NCBI GenBank assembly: GCA_051362555.1
Contig: CM120640.1
Location: 37,033,967 to 37,097,966, forward strand
From: Lingula anatina
Lineage: Eukaryota > Animalia > Brachiopoda
Direction of reading: 5' to 3'
DNA: 64,000 bases
Shown here: piece after piece, positions 26,921 through 41,303 of the stretch
Layout: each line of letters opens with the position of its first letter
Position numbering within the stretch: the stretch's first letter is position 1
Program-made: the position numbers and the translations under genes
Notes under the pieces: generated by a model
The model's database searches: none
The model's input: the letters and a program-made list of their open reading frames with translations, nothing else
What the model was told of the DNA's origin: nothing

Positions 26921-28606
26921 CTGTGTGGCGTGTTTGGATTCCACTTTGTCAAAATGAGGAGATTTTGAGGCTGTCCTTGGCTGGGAATATTTTCATGAAA
27001 ATCAAAATAGATAAATTAAGGTGGTCATTTGAAAGAGAAAGCATTGAAATTGAGATCATAATTTATCTTATGGGGTATTTTGTGCCATTAATATGCCTTC
27101 AAGAGAAGTTTTAGCTTCAGACAATCTAATGTACAATCAATCCTGAAAGAAGTTGCCAATTTAAGAATTATATTGAATTAGCATTATATGGGATTGAATT
27201 TAGAAGAGCGATTGGATTGAAAATGGCATGCCAACCAATATCTTTGTGCTGATGTGCAATTTTATTGAAAGTTTGATGTATTCATTGGAAGGAAACTAAA
27301 GAATTTTTTAGAATTCTTGACTTTGTGGGCTTTTTTCTAATAACCAAGAACTTTGGGAGCCAAATATGTGCAGCTTTTGGAAAAAATGTTGAAAATGTAT
27401 GTATTTCATGCTAAGAGCAACTTTTTCTGAAATGATGGCTTACTTTTTAAGGACCAACAATTAAGAAACAGTTTCTTGGCTTAAAATTTATGCTTAAGCT
27501 AATTAAGGTCAGCCCTTTGAAGAAGGTACTTTCAGTGCTATGTAAAGTTGTACAAAATGTCTTTTGCGTGTAGTTAAAAATTGTCAACAGTAGTGGGTAT
27601 AAGTAACTGAGTGCTCTTCTCTTAATTGCATCATTAGAATTTCAAGCCAACTCTTTCAAATTTCTTATATATCCGCACAAAAAATTTCTAAATATACCTA
27701 AATTTGAAAGGAATGCCAACAAGTTCTTATTTTATAAGACTTTCATTAGCTGTGTTTGGGTGGCTTTTTAGTGCTTGGCCCAATTCTCTAATGTAGGCAT
27801 CAATTTTGAACAATTAAAGTTGAAAATTGGTTGCCAGCGCCCAAGTAGTGGACAAATGTTGCTTGTTGCTAAGATCATGTGCAATTAAACTAAAGTTCAG
27901 AATAGCTGTAATGAAATCATGTGTGTTGGCAATTGGACAGGTTACATGAGCTAGTTTGAATACAATTATATTCCTTCCTTTTTTTTGTCTTTTCTATTAA
28001 TTTTTCACCTTTTCAAAAATTCTTAGACTGATGCTAAGAGAATTTCAGTATTAAATTTTCTTCTATTATATCTTTAAAATTTACTAAATGTGTTGTTAAA
28101 TCTCTATTGTAAAACATCACTTTACAAGTGATATTTAATCTTTTTTTCTTTTTTCTGGATTTGTTGTTGATAATATCTTCATGAGGTATAAACAGAAAAC
28201 AAGACAGTTAAATGTCTAAACATACTAAAACAAGACAAATGGTTGTACAATCATTATTGAACTCTATTGCAAATAAACACAACGTCAATGTACCTGTAAG
28301 TGTGTGTGTTTTATTTTGTATCTTTGGATTGTAAATGTGAAAATACCAATTGATGAAAATATATGAAGGTTTATATGTTCTGCATTACTACAAGTATAGT
28401 TGTCAAAGTTGGTTTTACTATTTTCATAAAATTGAAAGGTATAATTTTGACTGCATGATCAGTAGACCGTTTAATTGTTTCATTATGTATGTAGCTATGT
28501 AATTTTGTTCTTGTAATATGAGTAAATATGGGGTAACTTGAATGGTCAATTAATACCTTGTCTAATGTCACAGAGATACTTTTCTTTTATACCCAATGTC
28601 ATTTTC

Positions 28607-28672
28607 AATTCATTCATTCATTCATTCATTCATTCATTCATTCAATCAATATATCAATCAATCAATCAATCA
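28607..28672. repeat. Compound (TTCA)n/(TCAA)n microsatellite
   Basis: Tandem attc units followed by aatc units, upstream of SMPD4. Confidence 0.9.
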
Positions 28673-28856
28673 AAAACACATCTTTTTTCAGACCATCAAA
28701 ATCCTACAATGTACATTTGAAATGAGAGCATAAACATACCAAATAAAAACGTTTATCACCCAAAATTCACGGGCGAAAATTAACTCCGATAAAAAATTTT
28801 GACACCCCAAAATCTTGTTTTAGTATCGGAGCCCAGTATTTTCACTTTTTAACAAA

Positions 28857-31800
28857 ATGGCAACTTCCTCGCCGGCGGGAGCAGTTGGAGTCTTGACCCC
28901 TGTTTCAGTAGGTTACTTTGATATATTTAAGTAGAAAAACTCCAACAAAATATCTTTGATTTAATGGTGTGCGCAAAATATGTAAATATACTCAAAGCGG
29001 CTTCTCTGTGCTGAATGAACGCAATGTCTTGTGGGCTAGAGCATTCTTGACAAGACACTATTTTGTTGTAACTATATATTATAATAGTGAAATGTGTATG
29101 TACGTTCATTATATGCATCTAACATTAACTATGGATCCTCGATTAGCAGAACAGTTTACAATATGAATAATCTTTTTTAAGCTCATTGATTTCCTGTTTA
29201 TAATATTAGTATGGTAACATCCACATGTAGTGCTTTTGTTATTTCATACATTTCAGTATCCTGTAGAAGGAGCTACATTGAGTCTTACTACTAACTGATA
29301 ATATCACATTTTCTATTTTTTTTATGAAAGGTAAGGGTGCAGCAAGCCCTTTTGAAGCCTGTCCATCAAAGATGTCAGGAAATACAACATATTCTAGAGG
29401 AGACAAGCACCAAGGTACTGCAACAAAATAATAATAATAATACTTTTCCTCCATATTCCTCCTGTTTTTCTCCTATTGCGCTTTGCTTCTAGAATTTCAT
29501 CAGTCATCCAAGGTTGTAAATCTCTTTTCACGACATATTTCATTTTTATTGGAGCAAATGTATCAAAAGGTGAACTGTTGCCTTGAAATAATTGTGGATG
29601 CCAGATACAGATTGAACACCAGCCAATTAATACATCCAGTGCTAGTGTATTTCTGCACAGACAGTTGTTTTTAACGAGGAGGGCACAAAATGAAAGTTAA
29701 AATTTTTGAATTTTTTTATTAACCCCCATTCTGTTTTAACATTTTTCTAACAGTTAAAATAAACAAAATGAACTTTGAGGTACAGATATACCTGAAATAT
29801 ATTTCTTTTTGACTTTGTCCAGTATGTCCTGTGTTTACAATTCAATGCATGCCAGCTCTTTCATTTTTAAATGTCCACATATTCACATGCACTCCATGGA
29901 CATTCCCACTACTAAACATGGATAGCGATGTGTTAAATATTCAGATGTGTATTACACTTCAGGACCTTCACCAAATATTCCCTTATCTTGTGGAGAACAT
30001 CTTTGGGTTCAACAACCAGCCTGGATGGGGTGTGGGAACCATTGCCAAGAGCACACAGCAGCTGGATTATGACATGATGCGTCAGTTCTTGTCCCCAGGT
30101 GGTCCACTGATACGCGTTGTATACAGACTACAGGCTGACCCCATGTGTAGATATGATTTTCCTCTGTCCTGTCTGCCAGTAAGTACAGACAGTGACTCAA
30201 GTTCGCATGCAAGTGTGCATTCTTGCATGCACATGCGTACGTGCTCACACACACACATTGAAGTTTATACAAAGAATTTGTGGCCACAAGGCTTATTTAG
30301 TAACTACATATAGCTCAGCATGGAATGTTTGCTGTGTATCTTAAAAAATTTAATTTGTACTTTATAGTAGAAGAAAGAAGCAAGAAGAAGTTGAGAGTTC
30401 AGTGTGAAATTTGATATTTTTGTAGAGGGATGTCTCTTTGTACACACTCTGATATAATTTCCCTTGCATAAAACATTTTGCCTTTGCATCACTTAAAGAT
30501 TTTGTGCAATTGTCACTGGATATAAACACAGAGAGAATACCAAATAGGAGAAAAACTGACACATTGAGGAGTAAAAGACGCATGGTAATTAAAAGCCTTC
30601 TCAGAATTTACAGCATCACCATGAATTTTTTTTTTTTTTTTTTTTTTTTTGTGTTGTCGTATCAAGAGAGATCTTATGAGCTTTGTATCAACCAATATTT
30701 GTCCTAACTTAACATTTCATGATTGCAGTTCCCCACGAGGCAAATGTTCGAGGACAACAGCTACCATGGTGCAAGTCACATTCCAAGACAGCCTTCAGCA
30801 AGATCCCTATGTATCCTTTGTATAATCCACTTAATTCAGTGTATAATGTTTATGCAACATTGGTCTGATGAATTGGTGAGCTTTTTAAGAAGTACATCAA
30901 TGGTATATTTTTTTAGAACTTCTGATTTACTGTTATTTACTTACTGGATTGAAATAATTGGATTTGATGGGTACATAAATGTGGTGGTATAATTTGTAAC
31001 TTAGTTGGATGTAAGAAGATTTAATGTGAAGTGTGTTTGTCCCTTAACTTGTCCCAGCTGCATTTGAATTTTATTTCTTCCATTATTTCTACCTGTGTGT
31101 TAATCCACAACAAAGGGTTAGTACCTGTTTAGCAGAAGTTACTTTATCTTATACAAATTTTTTTTTTTAATGTTGAATTTAAGTAGAAAGGACAATCTGG
31201 GGAACACAAATTTGACTGGGTACCTTAACCTTAAGCTTGGGGTATTTTCAAGGTTATAAATATAACAATTGTGAAATTTCAATGTAATTCACTGCTTAAT
31301 GACTGAAAGTGAAATATCTTTAGATTTCACTGTTTCATTTATTAGTACTTAATCATCTGTTATATGGCTGGCTAACTAGTATTTATTTGGCACTTTAAAA
31401 TCTTTCATGGTGACATATCTTTTCATCTAGCCAAATTACACTTGCATCAAAATATGTTTTGATAATGACAGTATTTGATATTTGTTTTAGAGTTTCTTTA
31501 ACTGGAGTAATGCCTCGGAAGCATTGTTCACAAGTCTGCTGGAAGATTATCTGAATTGTTTTTTGCCCCTGAAGGGTAAAGTTGTTAACCCCATGCCAAC
31601 AGCTGCTTCACCAATAAGAAGTCCTGTTGCACACAAGACACACCTCCACAGGTACTCTGATATAATGGAGGTTTTAGGAATTAATAAGCATGTACCAGAG
31701 CAGTTTGACATTTAGTAGTGGTTGTGATATTTGGCATTTTGAGAAATTTGATGTCATGTGATATGTGAATGGTTTATCAGTGGGGAGGGATTTTCTTTGC

Positions 31801-34800
31801 TTAAAACAAAAAATGAACCTAAATACCAACCATTTATCATCATGAAACCTACACATCCATTATGTTGCACAAAAATGTTATATAATTGTTGTTTTTATGA
31901 TGTTAATGAAAAATAATTAAGCATTTTTGTCTATCTTTAAACCTTTTCCAGACAAGGCTCTACATCTGGATACCACAGCAGTGGCAGCCCTGGGCTGAAA
32001 CCACTAGTCAGCTTGCTGAAGTCTCCACACAGCCCCCACCATCAGGTACAGCAGAGGAGCATCCCCTACCAGGTGTCCACCACAGACCCACTGGACCAGG
32101 AAATGTGGCGATCAGAAACTTTTGTGGAGGTAAAGTTTTCTGGGGGGGGGGGGGGGGGGGGGGGGGGGGGTGTCTTTACACAAAGAGTTTTAGAGCTTGG
32201 ATTAAATTGCTAAAACTATATGTCTGACTTTGTGAAGTTGGCTTCACAATTTTTGGTAAATGAATGAAATTTGGATCTACAGTAAATGAACTAGGCTGTT
32301 GACATAACTGAGATTAAAACCTTTGTCAGAACAATAATAGTTTGCTTTAGTTGTTAAGTAGAAGAGTGGAATATTCGAGACTTAAAGGTTGAAGCAGGTT
32401 GCCTTTTAGATTCTTTATAATGTACAGCTTCTGTTATCTGAAATACTTTGCAGAGGTCAATTTTGAGCTCGTATAATTTCGTGACACAAGCCCCTGACTC
32501 GAGGGAGCATAGTATTATGTGGATGTTGCTGGATAGATGAGATTAATGTGCTTGCGTGAGTCTGGAAATACATACCCTATTTATTTACACCAGCTTTCAG
32601 ATGAAAGTGCTGTTTTCATTTCCTTTCAGATTCTTGTGGAGTTCTGGTTAAATCAAAACAGTCTGGACTCTCCAGAGCACCATGGTGGGATCAGGCAGGC
32701 CATGGTTAGTATTAATATTATTATTATTGATTCTTGTGAACTATTGATATGCTGGCTTATTAGTGTGAACATTTTTCAGAATTGTAAACAAACATTTTCA
32801 GGGTAGATTTTGGAAATCGGTATTGCAATTGTGAAAGATCATTGACTGTGCTGAGTATCTGTCAGGGCTCAAGTTGTGTATTTTCCAAAAGAGCATACTA
32901 GATTAGGAGTAATGTAAGACAAAAGCAGTTAAAATTTATCAGGATTGCCTAAGATATCTACCAGAATGCAATTTCTGAATTAGCACATGTCGCAATCAAC
33001 TACCTCACCTCACTTTCATATTGCAAAGATTGCATCTCATTGAGCATTTTTGTACCATTGCTGTCAGTCTTATGTCATTTGCATAATTAAACCCATAAGA
33101 CATTTTTTTTAAAAGAGGGGTAGGGGATGAGGTTTTGACAGAAGAACATCCTACATTTGTTTGGGTGATTAATATCTGTCTTTTTCTTTGCTTATAAATA
33201 GTCCTCTACCTATCAGGTCATATCCCTGCAGTGCATTCAAAACCTTCAACTTCCTATTTTATTTTGTCTTATTCCTTCTTTTACTTATATTTTTTTCAAA
33301 GCTTAAATCTAGTATAAAATTGTACTTTTATTTTGAAAATTAACATTGAACAGTTAAAGAAGTGTGTCCACTTACAGTTTTAAATCTTCTTGTACAGTGT
33401 GTTCTTTTTCTACACCTCCTAGATTGATGGCTATCAGAGAGTTCTGTCATACTCAGATCCTTATTATAATCATTTTTATCGAGTGAGTATAATGGTTTCC
33501 TTTGCTCAGTTTTTCGGGAATTATGTAACCAGACACTATACTTCTTTTGTTTTGTAGCATATATTTATGTGTCCTTCTGTAAATGCTCTCAATAATGCTT
33601 TACTGCTTCTACCCAATTTTTGTTTTGTACCCAGTTTTTCATATTGTAAATCCAGTATCCATGTATCTACCCCTGTCCTCCTGGGACATATTTAATGTTT
33701 TCATTTATCCCTTTTTGCTTATACACTATATGCATGAGCAATTTTGAAAACAGTTTTTTGGCCTTGTTTTGTGCTTAACTGTGGTAAACTTTTTTGACTG
33801 TATACAAAGCCTTGGTTTTTATTGTGTTTGCATGTCAAGATCCCATACATATTATATATATATACTTGTTCTAAATGCCCACAATGTATTTCATACATAT
33901 GCTGCAATTGCATTTATTGATTCAGTTCAAACTTTTGTTTTTATTGATCATATTTATTCCTTTTTGAACCATCTATTTAAAAAAAACCTATAACCTATAA
34001 CCTCTTAACTGTAAAACAGGTCAACAAAAAGTGTGATAATCCATAGCTGAAACACAAGCTTTTTCATGGGTATGTTTGCAGATGGTTTGTTTTTATTAGA
34101 TTTTCAAGTACATAAAGGTGAAAATTTGTGAAAATGATGAACTGTCAACTAAATGTACATATATAACTTGTGCCCCTACACAAGTCATTGTATCACGCTT
34201 TCCAGGTCACCTTTCTCTTGTTTCCTGGCAGGAGTTCATGGACTTACGGGTCGCTTTCAACAATTGTGAAATGTTTTCCATTCATTATGTACTATGATAT
34301 ATGTTTGCCTATCTTAAGTCACACTCAAACCTGTCTTGCTGGGAAGCAAGATTGCTAAGAATGCCTTTGGAAGAAATTTGGGGGCTGTGCATGATTTTGC
34401 ATTGTGTTTGAGAATAGCTTCTTTTTCAGTTTGAATCTTTTGCATATCCTCTTTTCTCTAGGGTGTGCTATTTGGTCATTTAGGAAATGGAAATACATTT
34501 GTACTGTTTCTAAAACTTGAAAGAAAAAGGGATACATTTTTCTTTCAAAAGATATTGAGTTTTGTAATTTTTGAAAATTTTATTACCTTAATGTGTTAGG
34601 TTATAACCCTTTTGAACATGTAAAATTGTGAATATATATTTAAGTATTTAGCATCTGTTGAATGATCCTTGGAAAAGGTTTTTGTGGGTATGTTTTTTGT
34701 AAGTTATCTGTCTGTATCAAAAAGTATAAATGTGATTTCTTGAGAAAGGTAATTTCTAGCATCAGATAATTTAGAGTAGACCTATTTGAGACACTAGTAT

Positions 34801-37800
34801 TATTATAGTTATTTCAGACAGTTCAGTTAGAATCTTCATGTACTTGAACACCAAGAAGCGTATGTCCATCATAACTAACTTAATTGTATTCCTCATTTCC
34901 ATATCCACCCAAACGGAGCATTATAAAACGGTGGTGTTGGGGCATTTTAACCATATCCAACAATAGTTCTTCCAAGTTAAGGCTGTTTGAAATCCATGTC
35001 ATTGGTGGTGATTTATCATATAGATGCTTTTTAAATCAGAAACATTGTATTTCCAGGAGGTTTTTCTTCCCAACAGCGACCAGGTCCGGGTTGTGCGTAT
35101 GTTCATCAAGCACCTCCATTTCTTTGCTAACAGTGCCTCTCCAGACCTGGTACTGGCTTCATATCAGGCACAGAACCTGTCGCCTCTGGATGAATTCAAG
35201 AGGTCAGTATGATGTCACACATCTGGATGTAGCTGCTGCATTCAGACATGGGGCGGGTTATACAGAAAAGTAAAGTTTGAGGACAACTTAACTCAGAAAG
35301 CCAAATATTTAATTTCTGCTTTCTGATATGGTCTTAAAGCATTAAATAAACATTTGTCTCATAACGAATATACTTTGCATACCTAAAGGAGCCATTGTCA
35401 GGACAGAGGATCAAAAACAATTTGTTCTAGAGGCTTAGTGATTGGGTGAAAAAAGGGGAAATATCCAAGATTTTTTGTGGAATGCAATCTGGCATGCTAA
35501 GCCCAATAACAGTCTTTGCTAAGAGTGATTTTCACCTGGGGGACTTTGTGAAAAGAGACACGAACTATTTAAAATCAGAAATAGGTCATTCTTACATTAT
35601 CATATTATTTTAAAATAGTGGTAGAAATAATTGTAGATAATAAGTTAAAGTAATACTTACTGTTGCAGGAATGTTATTCCACAGATGGTACAGAAGAAGT
35701 TGTATGTTTTCCTTAGGCATGGCTTTAACCACTGGCCTCTTGACTCTTCTTTTAGATTGGTAAGATCAGCACTAAAGGTTTGAATAATAAAAAATACGAC
35801 ATTGTATCGTATTTAAATGATATATTTGGAAGTAGGGGTATTGTTTATTATGTTGTCATGGGGGGGGGGGGGGGGGGCTTTAAGTCAAAGATACAGTTCA
35901 AAGTATGTGAGAGAAAAATTCAAGTATCTCAGTGATGGTGTGATAATAAAAGAGACAACTTGCTTGTAAACATGTTTAGAGACATTAAAAATAAGAATGA
36001 AAATTGTCTGTTATATACATACAATCATGTACATTCAATAATATGCAAGTTCACATGAGCTCATAACTTAAATGTGACTTTGGGGCACATCTATTAAGAT
36101 GAATTCCTTTTCAATCTACAGTTGTTGGAGACCTGGTTAAGTTATGTCCAGCCTTGGCGGTATGTTGACCCCAATGCCATCATGAAAGAGAAGGAGTCAA
36201 AAGTGGACAACAAATGGTGAGAAGAATCTAGAGCAAAGCAGCAGTTTGGATCATAAGTTGCATTCAGACAAGATTTTATTAGAATGGATGTGGATTTAAC
36301 TTGCACTTAAGATACAAGTATAAATATAGTTTTGTCTAAACACAGCTTAAGACATCAATGGAAAATCATGTAAGTGACGGCCCATGGTCTTTCTCTGGTA
36401 TTATACTCTGTATTTATGAAAGTAATTTGGATTACCAATATTGCCTTGTCTTTGTGGAATGCAGCTTTATTTTGTGTATTTTCTGCATAGGTAAGATTCT
36501 GGATAAGCATTATTCTGAATCCACAAATTATCCACAAATTATGTTTGCTTTTAATTGTATTTAATATTAAGGAGTTGTTCCTTACTGAGTATGCATTGCT
36601 CTTTTTACTTTTCTTAGGTTCCAGTTTATTGTGGATAATCTGCTCTTTTACACACACCTGTTTCAAGAATTTCTTCACCGAAGTCAGCGCATGGATCTCT
36701 CCTCTGCCAAAAATGCCTACATGCTGTTCAGGGTCACCAAGGTATGTATCTTGCAGGGATGAGACTTTTTCAACTATCAGCAGATTTCCAACTTTTTGGG
36801 AGCCAAACGTCATTGGCTTAGGCATGGAACCCATGCCATATTACAGTATGTAAAGTTAAGATGTGTACTTCAAGGTTGCAGATTTTTTTTTGTTTGTTCT
36901 CTTCTTCTGCAGGAAGAACATTAAATGAAAGATCACTAATTCTCTCTGTTTCAGGTGTTTGGACTCCCTAATCTTCGAAATATGTTGGAAGAAGGTGAGT
37001 AAAGCAAAGTTTTCTCTCCACCTCTCTCCAAAGTTGAAGGTGGTAGTTGGGAATTTGGTTGTCTAGATTTTCCACTTGTGTTTAGGTCAATTTTTGTGCT
37101 CGTGAAAATATTTACATATAGTTGGGTGTGTAATGTGTAGTTTTGTATTTTTTGATTCCTCGTTTGTTATTATTGAGCATTTAAAAAAATTGTCTTTTAT
37201 AACAATGAGAAAAAAATTCATTTGGTATGTTTCTATAATTTAATTTTTGTCTGGCTATTTCCAACATGTTTCAGTCAATTTTATTGAAACTTAACACATG
37301 TGAAGCACTGTTTCAGCTGGTGTGTGCCTGTAATAGTGGATAGTTCCTGAAAGGCTCTTCGTCAAAGTTACAATTTTAGATTTTTCAAACAGCAGCTAAA
37401 ACTGATGAGGGAATGATGAAGGTGTCTTCTTAGGCCCTGAAATATTGGAATGCTAATACTTATAAGTTTTAGCTCTTGTTTGAAGAAGCTCTCAGTGTAA
37501 CTTTGCCCAGAAAAAATTATTTACTAGACTCTTAGACATTATTTAGATTCTGTGCTATTCCAGCCGAGCATCAGATGTATGAGTCTCACCACAGGCTGTC
37601 CAGGCGTGGTCCCCAGATGGACATGGGCTCCAGCTACCTGTCCCATAGCAACTCTGTGAACACAGCAGCCATCCTTAGTCTACAGTTTGCAGAACTAGAG
37701 GGCCCAGCCTTTCTTTATAAACCACTATTTGAAGAGGGGACCAAAAAACAAGTACGTGTTGTACAATTTAGAGAAAATGTGTGAGAATGTTTTGGGATTC

Positions 37801-40327
37801 CGTTCTCTTCACTGATTATGGATTTCAGTATTTTTGTTATTCATTAATGTGATTCTGTATATCTTTATAACAATATGTTTGTCTTTCATGTCTATTTGTC
37901 TTGGAATACCAATAAAATGAAAGCAGTATGTCCAGTTTTGTTTAAATGTAGAATATCAACAGTGAAAGAAAACATGAAGAATGAGAGCTTGGGTGATCAT
38001 TTTACCAATTTCACCAATCTTAAAAATGGCATCAATTTTAAAATTAAACAGATACCCCCTCCTGTTTTTGTCTTCTTGCCTGGATTTATAACAATTAAAT
38101 ATTGTTGGATTTGATAGTTTCTTTATAATTTACAGATAGAGTATCTACTACAGCAGATCCTCCACGCTAAGTCGACCTCATCCTCAACACAGAAGTCCAG
38201 TGATGGGGGAGGATCTGGTGGGCTGCTGTCATGGTTGGGATATGGAGCTTTAGTGGACTATAACGCTACCAAATTTACACAGACAGGGTTTCCCGAGGAA
38301 GACCAGAGCAAGTTAGTTTTCCACCTAGAGCAAGCTGCAAGGAATCTCTGCAACTTATTTCAACTGTCGGTTAGTATATCAGGAATAATATATTCAAACT
38401 ACCTAGAAATGATGTTATATGTCACTTCAAGGTGTAAATGACAAATATGAATAAATTTTTAAAAAATTAATTCTCATATTTTTGACCAAAATGTGCCAGA
38501 AACCTGAGACACTGCTTCTTTTGCTGTGCCATTTTGCCATGGTTCTGGTTTTGTACTGCTTTGCAATGTTCATGATTGTCCTCTGGAGTTCTAAGTCCTG
38601 TAGTCCTGAAGTGTCCTTATCTGCCATTGCAGGGAAGTGTGCATCACTTTTCCCAAGGATCCAGAGCATATTTAGAAGTAGAAAGTATCAGTAATCTGTA
38701 TAAATCCTGAATGAAACATGCTTCTTTGGACCTTGCAGTGGATCCCCAAATCGGCCTTTTCTCCCTTGAAGAGGAGTTAAGAGGCTGAATCCACCATTTA
38801 ATTATTTAGTGCTTCCTGGGAATTTTCCCCATGTTTGAATGTTTCAGAAAAATAATATTTGTATTTCAGATGGAATCGGTGGAAACCATGGCAACGTCTG
38901 TCACACCTCCCAATGCAAACAGCAGTGCCAACAAGTTTTCCAATCAGTCCCTGCCCCCAGACTTCATAGAGTCACCCACAGGACCTGTGCTAACACAGCT
39001 GGGGAAATATCAGGTATTTATTTTTCTTTTGCTGTTGGCACTCTGGGTTGGGCAGTCCGTGAAAGTACTCTCTGTCTGTCTGTTAACCACAGTCATCACG
39101 TCATTAACATCACAACTTTATTGATAAAACCTTGAAAAGATTGTTTAAAAGTTCTGAAAAGCTAGTGGAATTCATTTGATGAATAGTGACACAATAAATG
39201 ATATTTTGTGAAAAAATACAGTATATTAAGAGGTGGCATTAACTGAATTTTGTGAGTAGATACTGTGATTTGTTATTTGCTTCAGCTAATGAATGGTCTC
39301 CGCAAGTTTGAAATTAGTTACCAGGGTAACCCCGACCTTCAGCCCATTAGAAGCTATGAATGTGCCCCATTGGTGAGAATACTCCATCAAGTCTCTTCAT
39401 TCCTGAATAACAAGGTACAGTGCAAAAACCTTTTTACCCTTTAACTTTTTAACCATGATTGTTTCCCTTGAGAAACCATTCCTGTAAATTCTAACAGAAT
39501 CCTTACTGTGCAAAATATCACTTCAAAAACAGTTTTCCAAATCCATCAGCTTTAGCCAGAATTTATGAAATTTAATTCCTGTGTAGAGGTTACATGTGAA
39601 TTTTATTAATGCTGTCACAATTGAAAGTCACCTTATTGCCAACTTTTAATTAAAAAGAATTCCCCAACCTGAGCAGAATTACCTAAAAAAATTGACTACA
39701 CACCTGGAAAATGTTAAACACAGGAAGTTTTATGCAGAAATCTGTTGTCATACTTAAATATGTGCATTTATACAGGCATCACTGCTGAACCTTTGTACCT
39801 TAAACATACATATGTGAAAACCAATCAGTTTATATTTTGGTTTATGAAAAACTGATATTTAAATATTGACAGACTTTCTCTCTTTCAATCAACATTAATG
39901 AGTAACAAAGTAAGCATTTGACTTAAATACTAGAGATTGAGGTTTACAGGATTACTGATTGAATTGCATCTGGTTACACCACTTTTTGAATTAGTTTTCA
40001 GACAAAATTCAAAATTACTACACAAGGGATGACATGGTGGGAAAAATGACTTTCATATTATTTTCACCGCCCTCAGAACAGAAAGGTAAAAAATCAAGTT
40101 TTGTAGCATCACCAACAAGAACAAAAGACTGGACCACACCGAGAATAAGTTTGAGATTTTTGGCAAATTACCAGACTCTGGGCTACCTGATGGGAGGATA
40201 TTTGTTTTTTTACATGTTTTTTGGAATGGGACCTGTAGGATTCAGCTTCATACTGATGCTTGGACTGCTGTTGTCAGTTTTCTTCAGAGCACTGGTGTTA
40301 CCAGCTTCAAAATTTAAGCGAAGTTAA
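28857..40327 (+). CDS. SMPD4: Sphingomyelin phosphodiesterase 4 (neutral sphingomyelinase 3)
   Basis: About 18 exons, from 28857-28907, 29331-29414, 29963-30178, 30729-30810, 31058-31116 through to 39995-40327. Motifs [85 protein letters not shown] and a hydrophobic C-terminal anchor. Confidence 0.92.
30811..31057 (+). other. U12-type (minor spliceosome) GT-AG intron in SMPD4
   Basis: 5' site GTATCCTTT. Branch sequence TCCCTTAAC at 31040-31048, 9 nt before the 3' splice junction, with no long polypyrimidine tract. Splicing keeps the frame (...RSL-S-AFEFYFF). Confidence 0.88.
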
Positions 40328-41303
40328 TATTAATGTTGAAATACAAGCCATGCCATAGCTTCATTACAGCTAGTCACAATGGATCTATCATGTTGTTTAG
40401 TCAAGTAATATTTACAGATCATGTAAATTGTGATAGTCTATTATCAGATCAATACTCGTTTAGTTTATTTGAATTGTATTTTCCTGCCAAACAAGTCTGA
40501 ATACAGCTCTTTAATTTCTAGAACTGCTCACATGTAAAACGTCTAAGTAAATCTCTGTTACACCTCTGTGAGGTCACTGCTACTTACCCTTACATCTCGG
40601 TTGTCTTAAAATAGAAAATCAAAGTTTTATACTGGATGTGAATGCATTTTCAGTTCTCTCTGAAACTCAGCGTAAGTTATCTGCACTGTGGCTTAAACTA
40701 ATATCCGGATGCCCAGAAAGAAAATATCCAGTTTAAAGACTGTACTTCTAATTACTCGTTTATTAAAATAAAATGTTTGGTAAACATAAATTCAGAGCAT
40801 CAAGAAAAGTTACTTGTTTATCTTTTTTTTATGAACAACAGAGAACTGATCTCAGAGCTTTACAGCTTATTTTAAGCCAATAAATGAAATAAAAGTTAAA
40901 TAAATTTTTCTGCACAATACATTGTATCAATTTTTTTAAAGAAAGCAATAACTGACTATTAACAATAGTAAACTAGAAATGGCTCTTCTCTATCCAATGT
41001 AGATTCTACATAACATATTTATAACACAACTTTTGTGCAATTTCTGTGGGATTGAAGTTGGTCAACTTCTTTCTTTTTGTTGCCCTTTAAAATATCAGCA
41101 TTAAGACTGGCTAATCACTTCTGTATTTACATACAAAGTGGCACTACTCTTTGCTATTAGCTTCTGCTCTCACCCTGAAATCAACTTATGGCAAAGAAGG
41201 GGGGGGGGGGGGGGGGGGCTGGATGGATGGACAACATCTTATCCTCCATATCTGTCCAGGCCTATCTCTGTATTTTTAAAACTTTTTTTCCACATGAAGA
41301 GGC

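Noticed and set aside
26694-27114. ORFs with poly-(YI) tracts
   Set aside because: Artefacts of the (AT)n microsatellite in the BTBD2 3' UTR.
38427-38694. Overlapping ORFs in a SMPD4 intron
   Set aside because: No recognisable motif and no phase-compatible splice sites found.
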